A stretch of 64,000 nucleotides of DNA from Candidatus Poribacteria bacterium (lineage in GTDB: Bacteria > Poribacteria > WGA-4E > PCPOR2b): contig OZ244587.1 of assembly GCA_965218095.1 (NCBI GenBank), forward strand, positions 1,760,001 through 1,824,000, given 5' to 3'. Below the pieces are notes generated by a model. The model saw only the letters and a list, made by a program, of their open reading frames with translations, made no database searches and had not been told where the DNA came from. Shown piece after piece: positions 59,215 through 64,000 of this stretch (positions within the stretch are counted from its first letter, which is position 1; each line of letters opens with the position of its first letter). The position numbers and the translations under genes are program-made.

Positions 59215-60606
59215 TCATGTTTCATGTTGCTTGTTCAAAGCAGCAAGCCAACCCCTCGCTTTATCCAGCGTCTCCTGGTATTCGGAAACAGGATCTGAAT
59301 CCGCGACGATGCCGCTGCCAATATGAAAGTAAGCGAGACCGTCTTTCACAATGCAGGTCCGAATAGCGATATTGAGCTCCATACCGCCGTCGAACCCAAG
59401 ATAGCCGATTGCTCCGGTGTATACGCCGCGATTTGTCGGCTCAAGTTCATCAATGAGCTCCATTGCCCGAATCTTCGGCACCCCAGTAATCGAGCCGCCG
59501 GGAAAGCACGATTGCAGGAGCTCTATCCAATCACAGTCCGTCCGGAGTGTTCCCGCGACAGTTGCAACGAGATGGTGTACATTAGAATAACTTTCAAGAG
59601 AGATCAGTTCACGCACATGAACAGACCCAATTTCACAGACACGCCCGAGATCGTTTCGCTCAAGATCTACAATCATCAATAGTTCGGCACGGTCTTTTTC
59701 GCTGTGGAGGAGCGCTGCCGCAAGTTTTCGATCTAACTCCGGTGTCAAACCGCGAGGGCGTGTCCCCTTGATTGGACGGGTTTCGACGGTTCGGCTATCC
59801 GGCCAGAAACGCAGAAAGCGTTCAGGGGAAGCACTGAGGATGTGAAAGTCACCACAGTGGAGGTACGCGCCAAATGGGGCGGGGCTTAACTGACGCAAAC
59901 GGGCGTATAGTTCTGCGGGCGGCAAATCGCTTGAGGTTGATAACCGTTGTGACAGGTTGACCTGATAGATGTCGCCTGATGCGATGTATGCCTTCGCGCG
60001 TTGCACAGTGGAGAGGTAGTCGGCTTCGGAGAAGTTAGATCGAATCGGAGATTTCGTGAAGCGTGAAACGTGAAACGTGAACCCCTCGGAACGAAGTTGT
60101 GAGGGTTGATTTTCAGATTTGAGAATCGAGCGGAGTTTTTCGACCTGTTGTTGATGTCGATTGGCGGAGGCTTCGTCAGCAGGCGATTGACACAAATAGA
60201 CCCGATTGGACAGATGATCGAATGCAACGATGGCATCGTAGAACGCAAAGTAGCAATCGGGGAGATTCAGATCATCATGTGTTGTGGCCGGCAACTCTTC
60301 GATAAAGCAGTGGAGCGGATATCCAAAATATCCAACGCCGCCGCCTGTAAACGGCAGATTCTTGAGAGGCGGAGGAGATTGAAATCGATCCAAAATCTCC
60401 CTGAGTGCATCAAACGGGTTGCCCTTCCACTCCTCAACACGATCACCCCAATCAAGCTGGAGAGAACTGCCTTTGCTGCGAAAAACCAAAAAAGGCTGCG
60501 AGCCGATGAACGAGTAACGCCCAAGCTTTCGGGCATTCATGCCACTGTCGAGGAAAAAACAGTGGGGCTCATCAGCCAACAGCCGAAAGAGGTCAAAAGC
60601 CGTCAA
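59215..60606 (-). CDS. pabB: Aminodeoxychorismate synthase component I
   Basis: GDIYQVNL, SASPERF, TRPIKGTRPR, AELLMIVDLERNDLG, FPGGSITGVPK. Confidence 0.9.
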   Translation of the reverse strand: MTAFDLFRLLADEPHCFFLDSGMNARKLGRYSFIGSQPFLVFRSKGSSLQLDWGDRVEEWKGNPFDALREILDRFQSPPPLKNLPFTGGGVGYFGYPLHCFIEELPATTHDDLNLPDCYFAFYDAIVAFDHLSNRVYLCQSPADEASANRHQQQVEKLRSILKSENQPSQLRSEGFTFHVSRFTKSPIRSNFSEADYLSTVQRAKAYIASGDIYQVNLSQRLSTSSDLPPAELYARLRQLSPAPFGAYLHCGDFHILSASPERFLRFWPDSRTVETRPIKGTRPRGLTPELDRKLAAALLHSEKDRAELLMIVDLERNDLGRVCEIGSVHVRELISLESYSNVHHLVATVAGTLRTDCDWIELLQSCFPGGSITGVPKIRAMELIDELEPTNRGVYTGAIGYLGFDGGMELNIAIRTCIVKDGLAYFHIGSGIVADSDPVSEYQETLDKARGWLAALNKQHET

Positions 60607-60707
60607 CTGCGTCTGAATCTCTTCAAGAGTGGAAACAATGCAGGTCGTGATTCAACCCACCTTTCTAAAAATGTAGGCAAATGGAGAAATCAGAGCCAAG
60701 CGCCTTT

Positions 60708-61742
60708 TTAGGGACTATTCCCAAAAAGAAGCATAGTCTCAGTCGGCGCTGCCTCAACCCGGCGACGCGCATACTCGCAGTATTCAGAGTTGATGTCATA
60801 GCCGATAAAATACCGCCCAAGTTTTTTGCAGGCGACGGCTGTGGAACCGGAGCCGATGAAGGGGTCTAGGACGACATCGCCAGTGCATGTGAGAAGGTAC
60901 AAAAACTCCTCAACAACCTTTACAGGATAAATTGCCGGGTGCTTGATTCCTTTAATTGACTCGACGGAGGTTTTGATGACATCCCGTTTGAGCTTGTCGC
61001 CCCGTAATCGAATGATCGTGAAGCCGTTTTTTTCAATCTGAATCTTACGTCCGCCATCTTGTCCGCCGAATGCTTCCGCATGGATGCCACGAATTTTCAT
61101 TCGTAATCCTGCGATTTCACCGCGGTAAAGTTCTCGGATTGCTTCTTCCAAAGCAAGTCGGGCGTTATGTTTTTCGCCCTCAGACAAATCTGATTGATCA
61201 ATCAGATCGAAATACTTCCGCCCCACATTTGCCCCTTGGGTGCGCGATTTTTTGGGAGCGTTCTCGTTTGCCATAAACGCATCGGGATTGTAAAAGTAAT
61301 CTTCTGTTTTGACGAAATGAAAGAACGGCTCGGTGCTGCTGACCAATCGCCGTCGAAACTGGCGTGGTGTTGGATTTTTCTTCACCCAGGTCACGCTGTT
61401 GACCAATTTCACCAATCCGGTTTCCGTCGCCCCAATTGCAAAACGGTACGGCACGAGGAGTAAACTGCTATTTTCATATTTATCTCCTAAATTGAACACG
61501 ATGCTTCCATTATCGCTTACAACGCGCACGCACTCGCGGAACAGACATAACAAGGTCTCAAGATAATCTTCCAGATGTTCCTCGGCGCCTATTCCTCCGC
61601 CGTAGTTACGTTGTTGGAAGTATGGCGGCGATGTGATGACGAACTGAACAGAGCAATCCGGCACCTGTCGAATCAACTCCAGATTGTCGCCACACAAGAT
61701 CTGATCGAGCGGTAGCGCAACTGTGCCGTTGTTGTCTTGCAA
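60708..61742 (-). CDS. Beta-class site-specific DNA methyltransferase (SPPY, likely N4-cytosine)
   Basis: ITSPPY near the N-terminus; HPAIYP; VLDPFIGSGST near the C-terminus. Confidence 0.92.
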   Translation of the reverse strand: MQDNNGTVALPLDQILCGDNLELIRQVPDCSVQFVITSPPYFQQRNYGGGIGAEEHLEDYLETLLCLFRECVRVVSDNGSIVFNLGDKYENSSLLLVPYRFAIGATETGLVKLVNSVTWVKKNPTPRQFRRRLVSSTEPFFHFVKTEDYFYNPDAFMANENAPKKSRTQGANVGRKYFDLIDQSDLSEGEKHNARLALEEAIRELYRGEIAGLRMKIRGIHAEAFGGQDGGRKIQIEKNGFTIIRLRGDKLKRDVIKTSVESIKGIKHPAIYPVKVVEEFLYLLTCTGDVVLDPFIGSGSTAVACKKLGRYFIGYDINSEYCEYARRRVEAAPTETMLLFGNSP

Positions 61743-61809
61743 AACGCCTCCTCTTAATTCTTTCCCTACGTCAAGCAGCAGATTCCGTATATCGCCTTAA
61801 ATCAGTAAG

Positions 61810-62175
61810 TTAGTTTGAGTTATGGCTTAAAATCCAAATCGCCTCTCGCATCACTGTTGAATAAAATCTTCGCTGACGCAGTCCATCCCATTCCGCCTGG
61901 GTATAGATTAATAGATCGACCGGGACCGGCAACGCCGCGACATCCCAACTGATACTTCGTCTTTCAAAAGGCAGGTTGGAGTGTTTGACGATGACGATGA
62001 GATCGAGGTCGCTTCCTACCCCCCAATCCCCTCGCGCGTAAGAACCAAAGTAGCCAATGCGCAACACATCTTTTCGGTGTTGACCGATGTCTTCTGCCCA
62101 ACGACGCACCGCTCTGTCAACGGTTTGTGCATCAGGCCACTTGAGCACGGATGAACTCAATAATCTCACGGGCAT
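61810..62175 (-). CDS. Minimal nucleotidyltransferase (MNT)
   Basis: FGSYARGDWGVGSDLDLIV...PVDLLIYT. Confidence 0.9.
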   Translation of the reverse strand: MPVRLLSSSVLKWPDAQTVDRAVRRWAEDIGQHRKDVLRIGYFGSYARGDWGVGSDLDLIVIVKHSNLPFERRSISWDVAALPVPVDLLIYTQAEWDGLRQRRFYSTVMREAIWILSHNSN

Positions 62176-62521
62176 ACCGAATAGCCTCCCCACTTTGCAG
62201 TGGACCGTAGTGCTCAAAAGGGGCGCCTGCCGAATGACTATTCGGATAACGGGATGGAATGTAGAAGTTATCCAAAACGCGCCCCTTCTCTACCAATTGC
62301 GCTGGCACATCAATAGTTTTCGGTAACTCCTCAAGGAGCCGAGCGATGACATGGCCCCACGCCTCCTGCCCCGAGTTCAGGTGCAAGGCTTTTACCGCTT
62401 TCTCCGCCGCTTGTTGCGCAGCGAAACATGCCCACTCATGTCGTTGGGCATGACGAGAGTCCACCGCTTGCTCCAAATCTCTGTCTGCTTGTTTCAGCCA
62501 ATCACGCGCACGATTTGGCAT
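62132..62521 (-). CDS. HEPN-domain protein
   Basis: DWLKQADRDL...WACFAAQQAAEKAVKA...WGH...YIPSRYP. Confidence 0.9.
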   Translation of the reverse strand: MPNRARDWLKQADRDLEQAVDSRHAQRHEWACFAAQQAAEKAVKALHLNSGQEAWGHVIARLLEELPKTIDVPAQLVEKGRVLDNFYIPSRYPNSHSAGAPFEHYGPLQSGEAIRYAREIIEFIRAQVA

Positions 62522-63101
62522 TCTCAGCCCCTTCCCATACGTAAAATGATAGAACCGTATCCCCATAATGTTCTTGGCGATTTAAGGCGAGCTCGCCTAG
62601 CATCGCAGGCATGGGATCATTTGCTTTTTTGACCTTCCGATGTTCCATGACAAGCAATCCGGTTGGAGAAAGTAGGCGCACTTCAACGATCTGCGCCAGA
62701 CAGGATTTGTGGATTCCAGAGACGTAAGGCGGATCAAAATAAATCAGATCGAACACCGCCTTGCGCCTGCCAAGCCGGGCAAGCGCCCTCCGTGCGTCAA
62801 GGTTGAGAAGCTGCACCTGTGGATGCTTGCGGTAAAACCCGCACAGTTCAAGATTGGACTCGATAATACCGATACGGTGATGATTGCTATCAATAAAGGT
62901 TGCGGACTTCGCTCCCCGGCTTAACGCTTCAAGACCGATACTTCCAGTACCTGCGCAGAGATCGAGAAAATCGGCGTCAATAACCCGTGCGCCAAGGATA
63001 CGGAACATTGCCTCTTTCACGCGGTCAGAAGTCGGGCGCACTGCTGAACCTTTGAACTGTTTTAAGCGTCTACTTTTGAATTTTCCGGCAACGATTCTCA
63101 T
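62502..63101 (-). CDS. rsmD: 16S rRNA m2G966 methyltransferase
   Basis: MRIVAG, RPTSDRVKEA, LDLCAGTG, EALSRGA, DPPY. Confidence 0.95.
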   Translation of the reverse strand: MRIVAGKFKSRRLKQFKGSAVRPTSDRVKEAMFRILGARVIDADFLDLCAGTGSIGLEALSRGAKSATFIDSNHHRIGIIESNLELCGFYRKHPQVQLLNLDARRALARLGRRKAVFDLIYFDPPYVSGIHKSCLAQIVEVRLLSPTGLLVMEHRKVKKANDPMPAMLGELALNRQEHYGDTVLSFYVWEGAENAKSCA

Positions 63102-63352
63102 TCTAGCAACCTTGCTGGTGCTTTGACACTTGTTGAGCGGATAGGCTGATTATACTATAGTCAGTTTCGCGCGTCAACCCAAAACACCGTGACAAATAAT
63201 GCACATCTCATTTGCGTTAGCCTAGAAGTCCATGTTATAATTGTAAATTGTCAGCAATCAGTCAAACAAAAAATAATGCGCACTGACCACGATAGTTGCA
63301 ATCCATTCCAACTTAAATCGTTCTTAAATTCAGAAGAGGGAGACCATTTCTC

Positions 63353-63811
63353 ATGGCTTACTACATTACAGAAGAATGTGTCGGCTGCATGGCATGCCTG
63401 ACGAATTGCCCCGTTGATGCCATCACCGGGGACCGCAAAATGCTTCATGTTATAGATCCGGATATATGTATCGATTGCAGCGCGTGCGGCATGGTTTGTC
63501 CGGTTGAAGCGATTCATGACCAAAACGGAGATGTTTGTAAATTTATTAAGCGTCCCAAAAACCGACCGATTGCGGTCATCTACGAAGAACTCTGCTCTGG
63601 GTGCGATTTCTGCGTCCACATCTGTCCGTGGGATTGCCTGGAGCTCAAAGACCCGGAGACCGGTGAACACGCGGAGAGTTTCTTCGGCATCTGCGAACTT
63701 GTAAAACCGAAAGATTGCGTTGGGTGCAAACTCTGTGAAGAGGTCTGTATCAAAGATGCAATCCGTGTTGAATCTCCGATCTTGACTGAGTGGCAAGAAG
63801 CGGCGGATTAA
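63353..63811 (+). CDS. Polyferredoxin with four 4Fe-4S motifs
   Basis: Four CxxCxxCxxxC motifs. Confidence 0.92.
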   Translation: MAYYITEECVGCMACLTNCPVDAITGDRKMLHVIDPDICIDCSACGMVCPVEAIHDQNGDVCKFIKRPKNRPIAVIYEELCSGCDFCVHICPWDCLELKDPETGEHAESFFGICELVKPKDCVGCKLCEEVCIKDAIRVESPILTEWQEAAD

Positions 63812-63813
63812 TC

Positions 63814-64000
63814 ATGATCAGAAGTATGACAGGCTACAGTCGGCATAGAGCGGAAACAGCCTTTGGGCAGTTGGTCATTGAGCTCAAATCGTGGAACCAT
63901 CGCTACTGTAACGTGACGGTCCGCACCTCAGAGCTCCTTTCCAGATTTGAGAACCGGATCCAAAGCGCCATCCGGAATCGAATTCCCAGAGGGCAGATCC
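63814..64000 (+). CDS. yicC: YicC/YloC-family endoribonuclease (runs off the window end)
   Basis: MIRSMTGYSR...IELKSWNHRY. Confidence 0.88.
   Translation, partial: MIRSMTGYSRHRAETAFGQLVIELKSWNHRYCNVTVRTSELLSRFENRIQSAIRNRIPRGQI

Noticed and set aside
1-64000. CRISPR array, tRNA or rRNA genes
   Set aside because: No regularly spaced direct repeats with unique spacers, and no cloverleaf or rRNA signatures were recognised by eye.

Overview
Bacterial genomic window at roughly 50% GC. The many PhyH, Gfo/Idh/MocA, Zn-dehydrogenase and BNR-repeat genes suggest Ca. Poribacteria, but that is inference. Housekeeping genes (degP-like, lpdA, queC, rpsT, nadE, pabB, rsmD, yicC) alternate with decaying accessory DNA. 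The main candidate system is a ~16 kb same-strand cluster (9912-26054). It encodes two substrate-binding-protein/OmpA fusions, a membrane-anchored vWA protein, an NfeD-like protein with two flotillins, a PspA/ESCRT-III-family protein, an ABC importer and a AAA+ ATPase. Other highlights are: an ORF-less group II intron with a nested IS5 in front of a dead DNA methyltransferase; two families of short inverted-repeat 'shell' elements whose copies carry different palindromic cargo; solo integron attC-like sites; a Zorya zorB/zorC remnant; a eukaryote-like glutamine-dependent NAD synthetase; a PhyH protein lacking the Fe-binding Asp; and many lesions best explained by C>T/G>A changes. I saw no rRNA, tRNA or CRISPR array. 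All family calls come from motif recognition by eye; no database searches were run.
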